From Verrucomicrobiia bacterium (GTDB taxonomy: Bacteria; Verrucomicrobiota; Verrucomicrobiia; Palsa-1439), in assembly GCA_050013395.1 (NCBI GenBank), contig JBEKFI010000001.1:1004-65003 (forward strand): a stretch of DNA of 64,000 nt, given 5' to 3'. The notes beneath the pieces are model-generated. The model had not been told where the DNA came from and did no database searches. It saw only the letters and a list, made by a program, of their open reading frames with translations. This document shows positions 1 through 10,172 of this stretch, piece after piece; the first letter of the stretch is position 1; every line of letters starts with the position of its first letter. The position numbers and the translations under genes were made by a program.

Positions 1-371
1 CTACGATATGCAACTCCCCGTGGAACGGTTTTCGGCAGCGTCATTCGGAGTTGGATCCGGTGCCGGCAAGAGCGGTCACTAACAGACAGAAACGATCATT
101 CGTGCTTGGGGATCCACTGCATGCCGCGGCGTTCCCAGTTGTTCAGTTTTATCTCCAAGTGGCTGCGGGCGAAATTGTGGTGCATGAAGTGGAGCGCAAC
201 CGCCGCCTCATGGTTCTCAAGCTTTTTTGAGAAGGCGTTCGTCAGACGAGTGAACCGGCGGATACTCAACCCCGGCGCCGAAGGTACCAATTCCTCGGCC
301 AAAAAGGCACGGGGAACCTGATGGACTTTGTGACACCGTAGCTGGCGGACACACGAAGCCGAAGGCACAAG

Positions 372-415
372 AGACCGCGCCCGCCCGCGCCAAACCCGGC
401 GCGGGCGGGGCGATA
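372..415 (-). terminator. GC-rich perfect hairpin downstream of bioB; possible terminator
   Basis: Stem cgcgcccgcccgcgcc, loop aaacc, stem ggcgcgggcggggcg, about 115 bp after the bioB stop. There is no clear U-tract. Confidence 0.3.
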
Positions 416-529
416 GCGAAGCCTCGTTTGGCCGGGGAGGGATTTATTGTCAGAGGTGATACTATGACCGCTCGTCAGACTGAATGGCCCGCGATGGTCG
501 CGGGGCGTAGGTCATATGGGAAATGCCGG

Positions 530-1555
530 CTAAAAAGGATTGCCGTGCAGTTCTGGGCGAGGTGGCTGAGGGGAGAACCCCAGTTCGCCGAGCAAATCCA
601 GATCAGCTTCGCACTCGGGATTCTTCGCCGTAAGGAGTTTATTGCCGTAGAAAATCGAATTGGCTCCCGCGAAGAAGCACAGCGCCTGAGCTTCCCGCGA
701 CAGCCGCGTGCGGCCTGCTGAGAGCCGCACTTTGGAGCGCGGCAGGGCAATGCGCGTCGTGGCCACCAGTCGAATCAACGGAAAAATGCCCACGAGCGGT
801 TGATCCTCCAGCGGCGTGCCTTCCATGGCCATAAGACAGTTGATCGGAACACTCTCGGGCGGCGGGTCGAAACCCACGAGCACTGCCAACATTTTCAGGC
901 GATCCAATTCGCTCTCTCCCATCCCGATGATTCCGCCGCAGCACACCGAGATGCCAGCCTTCTGGACGGCACGAATCGTTTTCAACCGATCCTCGAATGT
1001 GTGCGTGGTGACAATGTTCGGATAAAACTCAGGACTCGCGTCGAGGTTATGGTTGTACGCGGTGACACCCGCGCGCTTCAACTCGTGCGCCGCCGTTTCG
1101 CTGAGCTGCCCCAAGGTGACACAGACTTCCATGCCGAGCTTACTCACTTCGCGAACCGTCTGGAGGACTGCCTCAAACTGTGGCGTGTTTTCGCGGACGC
1201 CCTTCCACGCCGCGCCCATGCAGAAACGTGTCGCACCATTTTCCTTCGCTCGTCGCGCCACTTCCATCACTGCTTCGGTTGGCATAAGCTCCTCGGCGTT
1301 CACCCCGGTGGGGTACCGGGCGCTTTGCGCGCAGTAGGAGCAATCCTCGCTGCAGCCGCCGGTCTTGATGCTCAGCAACGTGCAGAGCTGGATTTCGTTG
1401 TTCTTCCAGTGCTTCAAATAAGTGTTGCGCGCCTCCTGGATCAGGTCAAAGAACGGTTGGAAGTAAATCCTCCGGAGGTGATCCAGAGTTGTAACCTCCA
1501 TATCACCAAGCACTTTTATTCCTGAATTTGCGGCCATCCTCAATGTACCCCCCAT
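530..1555 (-). CDS. bioB: Biotin synthase (radical SAM)
   Basis: CxxxCxxC motif (GGCSEDCSYC), an YNHNLD motif and a BioB-like C-terminus in the translation. Confidence 0.9.
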   Translation of the reverse strand: MGGTLRMAANSGIKVLGDMEVTTLDHLRRIYFQPFFDLIQEARNTYLKHWKNNEIQLCTLLSIKTGGCSEDCSYCAQSARYPTGVNAEELMPTEAVMEVARRAKENGATRFCMGAAWKGVRENTPQFEAVLQTVREVSKLGMEVCVTLGQLSETAAHELKRAGVTAYNHNLDASPEFYPNIVTTHTFEDRLKTIRAVQKAGISVCCGGIIGMGESELDRLKMLAVLVGFDPPPESVPINCLMAMEGTPLEDQPLVGIFPLIRLVATTRIALPRSKVRLSAGRTRLSREAQALCFFAGANSIFYGNKLLTAKNPECEADLDLLGELGFSPQPPRPELHGNPF

Positions 1556-1631
1556 TTCGGCTTAGATGCTACAGGAAGGCCTGTTGCATTGCAAGCCGCT
1601 GGCCGTTTTGCTAGTGTATGCGGTATATTTT

Positions 1632-3311
1632 ATGGATCGAACCGTCCAGAGAATCTGCGATCTGTTGCAGAGTCCCGATGGCATGCGACGTTGCGCGGCT
1701 GCGATGGTGCTGGCTGAACTCGCCCCAAAAGACGCGCGCATCGTCAAGGCCCTTGGCGAATCTCTCAAAGATGCCAACCAGCTTCTCACCCGCTATGTTC
1801 TCGAAGCCTTCGACGCGATCGGCACGCGCGCCGTCGTACCTTACGTGCTGCCGCTGCTCGATGCGGAGGACATGGAAACGAAGCTCCGCGCTGCTGCCAT
1901 CGTCGCGCGCGCGGGCGGCGACATCTTGCCCGAACTCAAACGGCAATTTGAAAAGTCGAGCGTTCAGCAGAAGCGCGTCCTCGTGGACATCGTGGCCCGC
2001 ATTCACACCCGCGAGGCCATGCAGATCATCCTCAACGTTTTGTTCGATCCAGATTTCGAACTCGTGAAGGAAGCCTGCCAGGCAGTTCGACGCCACATTG
2101 GCGATGCCACGCCCAAAGAGCGTGCCATGCTCCACAAACAGGTCGCGAAGTTCACGAATTCCTCGCGCGTCAAAAAGAATGACCGTGTGTTGAGCTCCTG
2201 CTTGCTGTTGGTTGGCAACATCGGCGCTCCCAACGCCCGCAACATTCTGCTCAAACACACAACGCTCAGGAACCTCGGCTACATCCGCCGCAACGCATTG
2301 ATCGGCCTCAAAGGCTTGGAACTCACAGGCGCTGCGGCCAAGGCGACCGCCCGCCAGATGCTGAAGTATCTGGCGGACTCTGACACCATGGTTGCGCAGC
2401 ATGCGTTGGACATTCTTGAGAAGCTTCCATTGTCTGGCTCGTACGACTCGCAGTGGCGCAAGCTGTTGAAGAACAAACATCCGGTCGTCCGAGGGTTCGC
2501 TGCTCGCAGGCTCGCGGTCAGCGACAACGCCGCCACCAACCGATTGATGATGACGCTGCTGAACCACGAGGACGCGCAGGTCGGTGAGATCGCCGCCGGC
2601 GCGCTCGCTCGTCACAAACGCGCCACCAAGCTGTTGCTCGCCGCACTGGCGCGGGAACGCAAAACCGAAGCGGCTTGGCGACTGGCAAAAATCCTTAAGC
2701 CTCACAGCGAGTCTGTGGACAAGAAGATGCTCAAGAAATTCGCCGCGCTCGCCGCCCGCGATCTCGAGTCGGGGAATCCGCGCTACGAAGCACTGTTTTA
2801 CTTCCTGTGCAACATCGATCCGAAGGTGGCGGATGGGGTGGTGCGCGACGTCGGCTTGAAATTCAAGAAGGTAAAGAGATGGTCGAAGGCAGTCGAATGC
2901 CTGCGGCAACTGGCGCGGTCCGAAAGTTTCGACCGGGAACTGCGCTACGAACTCAGCGTTTGCAACCTGAAACAGTCGCAAAAGGATCTCGCCCAGCATT
3001 TGCGTGCCGGAGATCAGGCTCTGCGTGGTTTTCAGGCGTTACTGCCGGACAAATCGTTCAAGCTGCTGGAGCGATTGAAGAAAGAAAAAGTCCTCGATGC
3101 AGCCGATCTTTATTATGTCGGTTTCCACTTTAGCGAAGGCACAGGCGACGAGCAAAAGTTCGGTCAGAAGCTGCTCGAGCACGTGGCGAAATGCTGGCCC
3201 AAGACCAAGGAAGGCAAAGCCGCCCGCAGCAAGCTGAAGCTGGCGACCCAGCCGCCGGTTGTGACGCGAACTGCCCTGCCGACCACGGAACCTAAGGAAT
3301 CGCAAGAGTAG
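1632..3311 (+). CDS. HEAT/armadillo-type repeat protein
   Basis: Repeated ~35-40 aa helical units rich in leucine and alanine. The start is assigned to MDRTVQ inside the longer tracked ORF. Confidence 0.6.
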   Translation: MDRTVQRICDLLQSPDGMRRCAAAMVLAELAPKDARIVKALGESLKDANQLLTRYVLEAFDAIGTRAVVPYVLPLLDAEDMETKLRAAAIVARAGGDILPELKRQFEKSSVQQKRVLVDIVARIHTREAMQIILNVLFDPDFELVKEACQAVRRHIGDATPKERAMLHKQVAKFTNSSRVKKNDRVLSSCLLLVGNIGAPNARNILLKHTTLRNLGYIRRNALIGLKGLELTGAAAKATARQMLKYLADSDTMVAQHALDILEKLPLSGSYDSQWRKLLKNKHPVVRGFAARRLAVSDNAATNRLMMTLLNHEDAQVGEIAAGALARHKRATKLLLAALARERKTEAAWRLAKILKPHSESVDKKMLKKFAALAARDLESGNPRYEALFYFLCNIDPKVADGVVRDVGLKFKKVKRWSKAVECLRQLARSESFDRELRYELSVCNLKQSQKDLAQHLRAGDQALRGFQALLPDKSFKLLERLKKEKVLDAADLYYVGFHFSEGTGDEQKFGQKLLEHVAKCWPKTKEGKAARSKLKLATQPPVVTRTALPTTEPKESQE

Positions 3312-3517
3312 TTGCCGCAATCGTGGCCGGCGTGCGGGTGGAACTTCGTCCTCCAGAGAGATGCGGTGTTCCCACAAAACATGGAGGGCTTGGCTCCAGC
3401 CAAGCCGTGCTGTCAGGTTTTTTTCAACGCCCTGCGGTGGGGTCAAGGGAGAGCACCCAGGCATTGGCGCGGCCGCCTCCTGCGACAGACGGACGGCCTC
3501 GTCGTACCGCCCGGCCT

Positions 3518-3772
3518 TCATGAGTCCGGCCAGCCAGTGTCCCAGTCGGGCCAACCCTGCACGGCGACCTTCCGGTCGTCGGCACTCGGGCCACGAAGTT
3601 TTTCCCAGATGTTGGCGACCGCCTGCTGAATCTGCGTCGCGTCTTTAGTGTCGATCTGCTGGCCAATCGGGTTCGCTGGAGTTGACCCCGACACAAGTGT
3701 CGGGGCCGCCCAGCCAACCGTCCCCGCGCCCAAGAGTGCCACCGCCACAAGGTTCAAGCTCCATTTTCTCAT
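3518..3772 (-). CDS. Small secreted protein with signal peptide; a partial paralogue lies at 6608-7076
   Basis: MRKWSLNLVAVALLGAGTVGWA signal peptide. The coding continuation shifts frame at ~3518-3554 (GHWLAGLMKAGRYDEA). Confidence 0.5.
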   Translation of the reverse strand: MRKWSLNLVAVALLGAGTVGWAAPTLVSGSTPANPIGQQIDTKDATQIQQAVANIWEKLRGPSADDRKVAVQGWPDWDTGWPDS

Positions 3773-3904
3773 CGTTGTAACCTCCTGTCCCGTCGGCCGT
3801 CTGTCGCGCAAAACTGACGGCTGAGAGCCGACAGATGAAGGCAATCCCCTCTTAATCGTAACGGCCTCCGTTTTCGCAACTGCTTACTCAACCCATTTAC
3901 AGAA

Positions 3905-6607
3905 TCAAGAGATGTGACCCCGACTGCCTTTTGTCTTGATCGGAACCTTTACCGGCTGCGTAGTGCCTGCGGGCCAGTAAGTCCAAAATGATGAATAGTT
4001 AGATGTGACCCCTAGAGCTAACGGTGGTTCGATGTGTCTCGGTCGCCCTTCCTTCTCGAGAGCCTGTTTCAACGCCTGGACGCGCTCGTCGGAGCCGACA
4101 AAGACATTCTCGGGGAACCGGTAATAGCGGAGCATCCCGGCCAGAATCTCCGTGCCCAAATAGGAGTTCAACCACATGCCGGCCAGGTATTGCAGACGCA
4201 GGTTCGAGTCCGTGTTGATTTGCGCGTGTTTGCTCCACTCCTGTAGATCGGCTGCCTGCCCGGCGTAGGTGGCGAGCAAATCAACCGCGACTCCCGGCCC
4301 GTCCACTTCCTTTCCGCCGCGCCACTTTTTCCCGCCGAACCCCGCCTCTTCGAGCGAGGCTTTCACGCGCTGGTAGTCGTCGCGGTCGAGCCGCTGCTGC
4401 AATTCGTCCACGTCGATCCTCGTCGGCCCGACCTGACCGAACAAAACCGCGTCGTAACCTTCCCCCTTGGCATCGTTGCTCCAGAGAATCCCGTTCGGGA
4501 ACACCTTGAAGAAGGTCGCAATCATGCTCTTCGCCGTGTCCGAATTGCTCTCGTAGAGCGGAATCCACAAGCTCATCACGCCGCCCGGATTCAAATGTTC
4601 CTTGCACCACGTGTAATACTCCACCGTGTTCAGCGCGGCGCAGCCTTTGACCCACGGATCAATCGGGTCGGACGTGATGATGTCGAAGTTCTCGCGCGTC
4701 GTGCGGACGAAATGCCGCCCGTCGTCGAGAATCACCTGCGTCCGCGGATCGTTCACCACCCCGTAGTTCTCTTTCGCAAACATCGGTGCCACGAATTTCG
4801 GGACCAACGGTTCGATGTCGCAGATGACGATGCGTTTCACGCTCGGGTACAAGGTAAACGTGCCCGCTGTCACCCCCGCGCCGCAGGCCACCACCAGCAC
4901 CGACTTCGGGTTCTTGTGCGCCAGCGCCGAGATGTGTCCCAGCATCCGCTGCAACCGCATATCGCGCGGGTCGTTCGACGCCTGCACCTTGCCCGCGCCG
5001 TGGAAACTGCGAACGCCCGCCGTGGACATCGTCACGGCAACCGACACGTTCATTCCCTCGCCCACATAGGTGCAATACACATCCGTGGGACCGGCTTCAA
5101 ACGGAACGTCATCCTCCTGGACAATCCCCGGCATGATTTGACCCGCCCAGGTCGCCATGTGACGTCCATAAGCGACCAGACCCCAGGGAATCGGGAACAG
5201 ACTCCATGCGAGCCAGGCGGCAACGCCCACCGCACCCACCAACGCAACGGCAACTCCCGCAGCAAACTTCCTCGTCTCACCACCGGAGGTTTCGGCAACA
5301 CGCGACCAAAGGAATGGCGACAATGCCACCAGCATCGCGACGGTTGACAACCCGATTAACACCCGCTGCGACCATTGCGTCCCCACCGCAGGAATCAGCA
5401 CCATGCTGAAAGCGAGCGCGCCAATGATCGCACCCACGGTGTTCGCGGCATACACTCCGCCGACCAACCGCCCTGGATCCTGCCCGCGAACCGCAACCGC
5501 CGCCAGCGCCAGCGGAAAACTTGCCCCCCAGAGAACCGTCGCCGGCAGAATCGCCCACAGGCAACGCGCCAGATCGAGTTGGAACGTGTACCACGGGCTG
5601 CGCGAGATAGACAGATCGATCGGCCAATAAGGAATCGAGTCGGAGATCATGTGCGCCGTCCAGGCAATTGCCGCGGCGAGCAACATTTGGCAGATTCCCA
5701 AAGCAATCCGGCGCGACATCGTTCCCCGCGCCAGAAACGATCCAACGCTGCTGCCGATCCCCAGTCCCACCAGGAACACAGCCAGGATGATCGAAAACGT
5801 GTACACCGTCCCGCCGAGCATTAGCGAAACCAGCCGGGTCCAAACCACCTCGGCGCCCAGTGCCGACATGCCCGACAACGCGATCGTGACGTACACGCCC
5901 CGTGCTCCCGACGCGCGAGCCGTGCGGCTCTGTGCTGGTTCATCGGCAGGCGCCCGATGCGGCGATTCACTCGCCAAACTCAAAGCGATCAACGTCACCG
6001 TCGCGTTAATTGCCGCGGCGACATACGTGGCCGTCGGCATGTCGTGAACCTGCAACAAATAAAACCCCGCCAGCAAACAGCCGAACACGGCCCCGGCAAT
6101 GTTGCCTCCGTAAAAGAACCCCAACCACGACACTCCCTGCGGCGTCGTTTCCACCCAGCGCGCAATGGCCGGCAACGTCGCCCCCATCAACATCGTCGGC
6201 GCCAGCAAGCACACGGCACTGACCAAGCCGCGCAGCAGAATGTTCTGGAATCCGTGCCCGACATGCGCCGTGTAAATCTGGCCGACAAACGGCATAACGA
6301 ACAGTTCCACGATCCCGATCACGCCGATCCCCAACTCCAGCAGCGCGTAAACTCTCATTGGATGTCGCCGCGCTGGAATTACCCGCGCCAGCAACCAACT
6401 CCCCAGGCACATTCCTCCCATGTAGGTTCCCAGCAACACGCCGAGGGAGACCGCCGTTGACCCGATGACGAGTTGCAGCAACTGGAGCCAGACGATTTCA
6501 TAAATCAACGCCGCACACCCGCTGCCGAAGAACAGCACCACCAACACAGGAAGAAACCGAGGGGATGCAGGAAGATTCGTCGTCTGGTTTAAGTCTTGAC
6601 CGGTCAT
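3905..6607 (-). CDS. Fused polytopic membrane domain plus spermidine-synthase-like aminopropyltransferase
   Basis: N-terminal multi-TM region, then the VLVVACGAG...DIITSDPIDP...GGVMSLW class-I methyltransferase/spermidine synthase fold and a C-terminal soluble domain. The true start is taken at MTGQDL. Confidence 0.75.
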   Translation of the reverse strand: MTGQDLNQTTNLPASPRFLPVLVVLFFGSGCAALIYEIVWLQLLQLVIGSTAVSLGVLLGTYMGGMCLGSWLLARVIPARRHPMRVYALLELGIGVIGIVELFVMPFVGQIYTAHVGHGFQNILLRGLVSAVCLLAPTMLMGATLPAIARWVETTPQGVSWLGFFYGGNIAGAVFGCLLAGFYLLQVHDMPTATYVAAAINATVTLIALSLASESPHRAPADEPAQSRTARASGARGVYVTIALSGMSALGAEVVWTRLVSLMLGGTVYTFSIILAVFLVGLGIGSSVGSFLARGTMSRRIALGICQMLLAAAIAWTAHMISDSIPYWPIDLSISRSPWYTFQLDLARCLWAILPATVLWGASFPLALAAVAVRGQDPGRLVGGVYAANTVGAIIGALAFSMVLIPAVGTQWSQRVLIGLSTVAMLVALSPFLWSRVAETSGGETRKFAAGVAVALVGAVGVAAWLAWSLFPIPWGLVAYGRHMATWAGQIMPGIVQEDDVPFEAGPTDVYCTYVGEGMNVSVAVTMSTAGVRSFHGAGKVQASNDPRDMRLQRMLGHISALAHKNPKSVLVVACGAGVTAGTFTLYPSVKRIVICDIEPLVPKFVAPMFAKENYGVVNDPRTQVILDDGRHFVRTTRENFDIITSDPIDPWVKGCAALNTVEYYTWCKEHLNPGGVMSLWIPLYESNSDTAKSMIATFFKVFPNGILWSNDAKGEGYDAVLFGQVGPTRIDVDELQQRLDRDDYQRVKASLEEAGFGGKKWRGGKEVDGPGVAVDLLATYAGQAADLQEWSKHAQINTDSNLRLQYLAGMWLNSYLGTEILAGMLRYYRFPENVFVGSDERVQALKQALEKEGRPRHIEPPLALGVTSNYSSFWTYWPAGTTQPVKVPIKTKGSRGHIS

Positions 6608-7076
6608 GGCGTGATTACGACTACCGGAACCGGAGCCAACGCGCCAGCGCAAAGCGTCGCGCCGAAACCGACGGTCTCGCGGGGGCACCGCCAACCTGTA
6701 CCTCAACCCAAATCGATTGCCGCTTTCAGATTCCGAGGCAGGGGTCAAGGCAGGGGTCAGGCAGGGGTCAGCTCGATTTTCATAATGCCGCGCAGGTTGA
6801 ACTAAGAACAATCGAACTGACCCCTTCTCGGCCTCGTCATACTGCTGCGCCTCCATGAGTTTGGCCAGCCAATGCCCCTCCCGGGTTGGTCCCAGCACCG
6901 CGACTCTCCGGTCCCGGTGATTCACCGCCTGCAATTGCTGCCGGACGTTTGCGATCGCCTGCTGAATCTGCGTTGGATCTTTGCTGTTGAGCTGCTGGGC
7001 AATTAGGTCCGTCGAACACTGGCTTTTGCCACGGCGGTCGCGCCGCGTGATTTCGCGCAGTGACTCCGGATAGAGA
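6608..7076 (-). pseudogene. Partial duplicate of the small secreted protein gene, fused in-frame upstream of the aminopropyltransferase gene
   Basis: cgcctgctgaatctgcg is shared with 3621. The translation ...DPTQIQQAIANVRQQ...RDRRVAVLGPTREGHWLAKLMEAQQYDEA parallels ...DATQIQQAVANIWEKL...DDRKVAVQGWPD/GHWLAGLMKAGRYDEA. It lacks a signal peptide and begins directly after a stop. Confidence 0.45.
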
Positions 7077-7128
7077 TCAGAAACTCAACTGACAATTTGG
7101 CGGTGAAGCGGCGGCATCTGACAGTTTG

Positions 7129-8274
7129 TCATCGTTCACCGCCTGTTTGTTGCGGATGCGGCACGCCATAGATGTCGATATGATACGGGCGGCCGCCGAA
7201 CGTGGTGTTGCGCTCGGAGAAATAGCCCAGCAGGCCGAAGACGAGCGCCAGCACCAAAGCGGCCACACCGATGCTCACGGCAACGGGGCGCTTTTTCGGA
7301 TGACGCTCGGGACTTCGGTCGAGGAATGGCCAAACCAGCAACAGCAACGGCGGAATCAGGGACACAAACAGGCCGAGCGTCTTTGGAAAATACTTCAGCA
7401 ACTGATACGTGGACAGGAAGTACCACTCCGGCTTGATGCCTTCGGGCGTCACGAACGGATCGGCTTTCTCTCCCAATTCGACCGGCCAGAGCACGATCAA
7501 CGTTACCAGCGCGCCGACGAGCAGGCTGAAGACCACGCCCTCCTTCAAGACGTGGTGGGGGAAAAACGGGACGCCGTTCTTCTTATCGATCGGTTTTTCT
7601 TCACCGACCCGCTCCAACGTGGCCAACCCCTGCACGCGCATCAGGAACAGATGCGCGACAATCAACATCGTCAGCACCCACGGCAGGATCACGACGTGCA
7701 ACACGTAGAACCGGGCCAGCGTCTCGCCCGTGACGCCTTCGCCACCGCGCAGCAGCAGCTTCATATACTGGCCTGCCAGCGGAATCGCGCCGGTGATTTC
7801 GGTGCCGACGGTAGTGGCCCAATACGAAAGCTGGTTCCACGGCAGCAGGTAGCCGGTAAAACCGAACGTGATGGTGCAACCAAAGATAAACACGCCCAGC
7901 ACCCAGGTCAGCTCCCGTGGTTTCTTGTACGCGCCCATGAAATAGGTGCGCATCATGTGCACCAGCACGCACAGAATCATCAACGTCGCCCCCCAGGCAT
8001 GCAGCCCGCGGATCAGCCAGCCGAAATGCGCCTTGGTCATGATGAAACGCACGCTCTCGAACGCGGTGTTCGTCGTCGGCCGGTAGTAAATCATCAGCAG
8101 AATGCCGGTGACGACCTGGTTGACGAACAGAAACAGCGACAGGCTGCCGAACGTATGCCAGAAGCCCGTTTCCTTGGGCAGCGGTTTGTGCACCTGCTCA
8201 TCGACGAACTTCTCCACCACGCCGATGTCAACGCGTTGGCCCAACCAGGCGCGGAGCTTTGGGTAGAGACTCAT
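7129..8274 (-). CDS. Cytochrome b (bc/b6f-type, fused b6 plus subunit IV)
   Basis: Multi-TM protein with conserved haem-ligand His helices and the PEWY-like motif IKPEWYFL. Confidence 0.85.
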   Translation of the reverse strand: MSLYPKLRAWLGQRVDIGVVEKFVDEQVHKPLPKETGFWHTFGSLSLFLFVNQVVTGILLMIYYRPTTNTAFESVRFIMTKAHFGWLIRGLHAWGATLMILCVLVHMMRTYFMGAYKKPRELTWVLGVFIFGCTITFGFTGYLLPWNQLSYWATTVGTEITGAIPLAGQYMKLLLRGGEGVTGETLARFYVLHVVILPWVLTMLIVAHLFLMRVQGLATLERVGEEKPIDKKNGVPFFPHHVLKEGVVFSLLVGALVTLIVLWPVELGEKADPFVTPEGIKPEWYFLSTYQLLKYFPKTLGLFVSLIPPLLLLVWPFLDRSPERHPKKRPVAVSIGVAALVLALVFGLLGYFSERNTTFGGRPYHIDIYGVPHPQQTGGER

Positions 8275-8295
8275 CGCGGTGTCGTTGTAGCCGCG

Positions 8296-8330
8296 CTTCC
8301 CTGCCCCGAAAGCTTTCGGGGTGAATGAAG
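8296..8330. repeat. Hairpin repeat module CCCCGAAAGCTTTCGGGG (inverted copy of 12015-12048)
   Basis: cttccctgccccgaaagctttcggggtgaatgaag is the reverse complement of cattcaccccgaaagccttcggggcagggagatg. Confidence 0.7.
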
Positions 8331-8413
8331 CGCGGGCCGTTCGGTTGCGGCGGGCGTTCGGCGCTTCGCAGAAGCGCCGCTACACGAGCAATGATTGCGT
8401 TCGCGCGTGCGGC

Positions 8414-8851
8414 TCATGCGGATTTCACCATCACTTCCCCGTTGACGACCATCACGCCCTGCTTGGCCAGCGGTCGCGGCGGCGGACCGGAAACGGGGCG
8501 GCCGTTGGTGTCGAAGAATCCCGCGTGACACGGACAAGCAATTTGCCGCCGCTGCGCATCCCAGCCAACGATGCAACCGAGGTGCGTACAGATGGCCGAG
8601 AACGCACCAAAACCCTGTGGCGTACGGATCACAATGACCGGATGCCCGTTGACGGCAACGATTTTCGTCTGCCATTCAGCGAAGTCCGCTGCCTTGCCCG
8701 CCGAAACCGTCTGCACACCGGGTCCTCGGCGCTGCGCCGGCCAGACGTAGCTGAGCACCGGCGCGGCGAACGCAATCGCCCATGCGATCAGGCCGCCGGT
8801 TAACAGCCAGTCCAGAAACGTGCGACGCGAAATCTTTTGATTCTCGTTCAC
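8414..8851 (-). CDS. Rieske [2Fe-2S] protein with Tat signal
   Basis: SRRTFL twin-arginine motif; CTHLGC...CPCHAG cluster-binding boxes. Confidence 0.85.
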   Translation of the reverse strand: MNENQKISRRTFLDWLLTGGLIAWAIAFAAPVLSYVWPAQRRGPGVQTVSAGKAADFAEWQTKIVAVNGHPVIVIRTPQGFGAFSAICTHLGCIVGWDAQRRQIACPCHAGFFDTNGRPVSGPPPRPLAKQGVMVVNGEVMVKSA

Positions 8852-8861
8852 GACATCAGTG

Positions 8862-8942
8862 TTCGCATTGTAGCCGCGAAACTTTTTCGCGGCATCCTCC
8901 CGCGACCCACGCCTCGGCCGCGAAAAAGTTTCGCGGCTACAG
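8862..8942. repeat. REP-like palindrome TGTAGCCGCGAAAC...GTTTCGCGGCTACA
   Basis: Long inverted repeat between the Rieske and cytochrome c genes. The same arm sequence occurs at 43740-43768 and inside hypF at 63874-63935. Confidence 0.7.
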
Positions 8943-10172
8943 TCATTTCTTCTCCTCTATTTGCCGCCGTTTCGCCCAGAACAGCACCGCCATCACTATG
9001 GGGAACCCCCAAATCGGGCCGAGTGCGAGTCGTTTCCAGCGCTCGAACCGCTCCAAGCCCGAGATGTCCGTGAGCGCTTGGTTGAGAATCTCTCCGGAAT
9101 GCGCGGCCACAGGCTTCAGTTGTTGGAGAGAGAGCGTGTGCTGGAGCGCTTCCAGTTGCGTGACCTGCGTCTTGGCTTCCTGCAATGACAGTTGGTCATC
9201 GTCCGTCGCCAGACCACGCACAGTGGCGCCGTGGACTGTGGCGACCGCGTGTTCGTAGGCGCTTTGCTCTTTGCGGATCAGACCGGCCACCGCATCGCGC
9301 ACGCCTAGTTGTTTGGGGTTATTGGCGTGACACTGCACGCAACTCTCATCGAACAACGCGAGCGACGCTTTCTGGATTCCGTGATTGCCGTGGCAACTGA
9401 CGCATTCGCTGAACAACCCGGCTGTGGCCGCCTCTGCGTGAGGGCTTTTCTCGAACAACTCGCGCTGGCGGATGTGGCACTTGCCGCAGACTTGGCCGAC
9501 TTCCTTGGTGCCCGGCGGCGTCGCGCCGTGGTTGCCGTGGCAGGTGACGCAGGTCGGCGCGCTCAGGTCGACCTTCTCGAAGAGTAATTGGGCGTGATAA
9601 CTGGTCTTGTACTGCGTCACGACGTCAGCGGGCAGTTGATACTGCGCCATGAGCTTCGCGTCGCTGTGGCAGCGGCTGCAAGTCTGCGGAACGTTGGTTG
9701 GGTAGGTGCGGCTGGCCGGTGCCTTCGAGGAGAGAATATCGTGTACGCCGTGGCAATCGGTGCAAACGGCCGCGTTCTGGTCGTTGTGCTCGAACAGTTG
9801 CTCGCCGTGCTTGCTGGTCTTGTAACGGTCGAGTTGGTCGGTAGGCAGGCCGTACGGATTCATCCGGCGCACATCGCTGTGACAACTGGCACAGAGTTCA
9901 GCGATGCCGCGTTTGTTATCTGGCCGCTTAAAGTTGTCGGTAGCGTGCGCGGTCTCGTCGTTCACCTTGGGATCGCCGCCGTGGCAATCCACACACGTCA
10001 GCCCGGCCTGCGCGTGCCCGCTTTGCGCATAGAGCCCCTGCTCCTTGCCGTGGCATTTGAGACAAGAGATCTCTGCCGCTGGCGCGGCCATGACGGCAGC
10101 CAGCAACACCAGCGCCACGCCGATCACATCGAGCCGCCGTTGTGGCAGTCGCTGCATTTTTGACCTTTCCAT
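8943..10172 (-). CDS. Multihaem c-type cytochrome (about 9 CxxCH) with C-terminal membrane anchor
   Basis: Nine CxxCH motifs counted in the translation, an N-terminal signal and a C-terminal hydrophobic helix. Confidence 0.8.
   Translation of the reverse strand: MERSKMQRLPQRRLDVIGVALVLLAAVMAAPAAEISCLKCHGKEQGLYAQSGHAQAGLTCVDCHGGDPKVNDETAHATDNFKRPDNKRGIAELCASCHSDVRRMNPYGLPTDQLDRYKTSKHGEQLFEHNDQNAAVCTDCHGVHDILSSKAPASRTYPTNVPQTCSRCHSDAKLMAQYQLPADVVTQYKTSYHAQLLFEKVDLSAPTCVTCHGNHGATPPGTKEVGQVCGKCHIRQRELFEKSPHAEAATAGLFSECVSCHGNHGIQKASLALFDESCVQCHANNPKQLGVRDAVAGLIRKEQSAYEHAVATVHGATVRGLATDDDQLSLQEAKTQVTQLEALQHTLSLQQLKPVAAHSGEILNQALTDISGLERFERWKRLALGPIWGFPIVMAVLFWAKRRQIEEKK

Noticed and set aside
96-368. 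90-aa minus-strand ORF with HFMHH (HxxHH-like) box, and the overlapping plus-strand 106-321 ORF
   Set aside because: It could be the C-terminal remnant of a fatty-acid hydroxylase/desaturase-type gene. It has no upstream continuation and two overlapping frames are open, so there is too little evidence to call.
3905-6934. N-terminal 109 codons of the tracked 1009-aa ORF
   Set aside because: It begins at a TTG and reads through a duplicated small-protein fragment. The membrane/aminopropyltransferase protein most likely starts at MTGQDL (6607).
7126-8328. 400-aa ORF on the plus strand
   Set aside because: It is antisense to the cytochrome b gene. Its translation is Arg/Gln/His-rich with no motifs, which is the typical shadow ORF of a high-GC gene.
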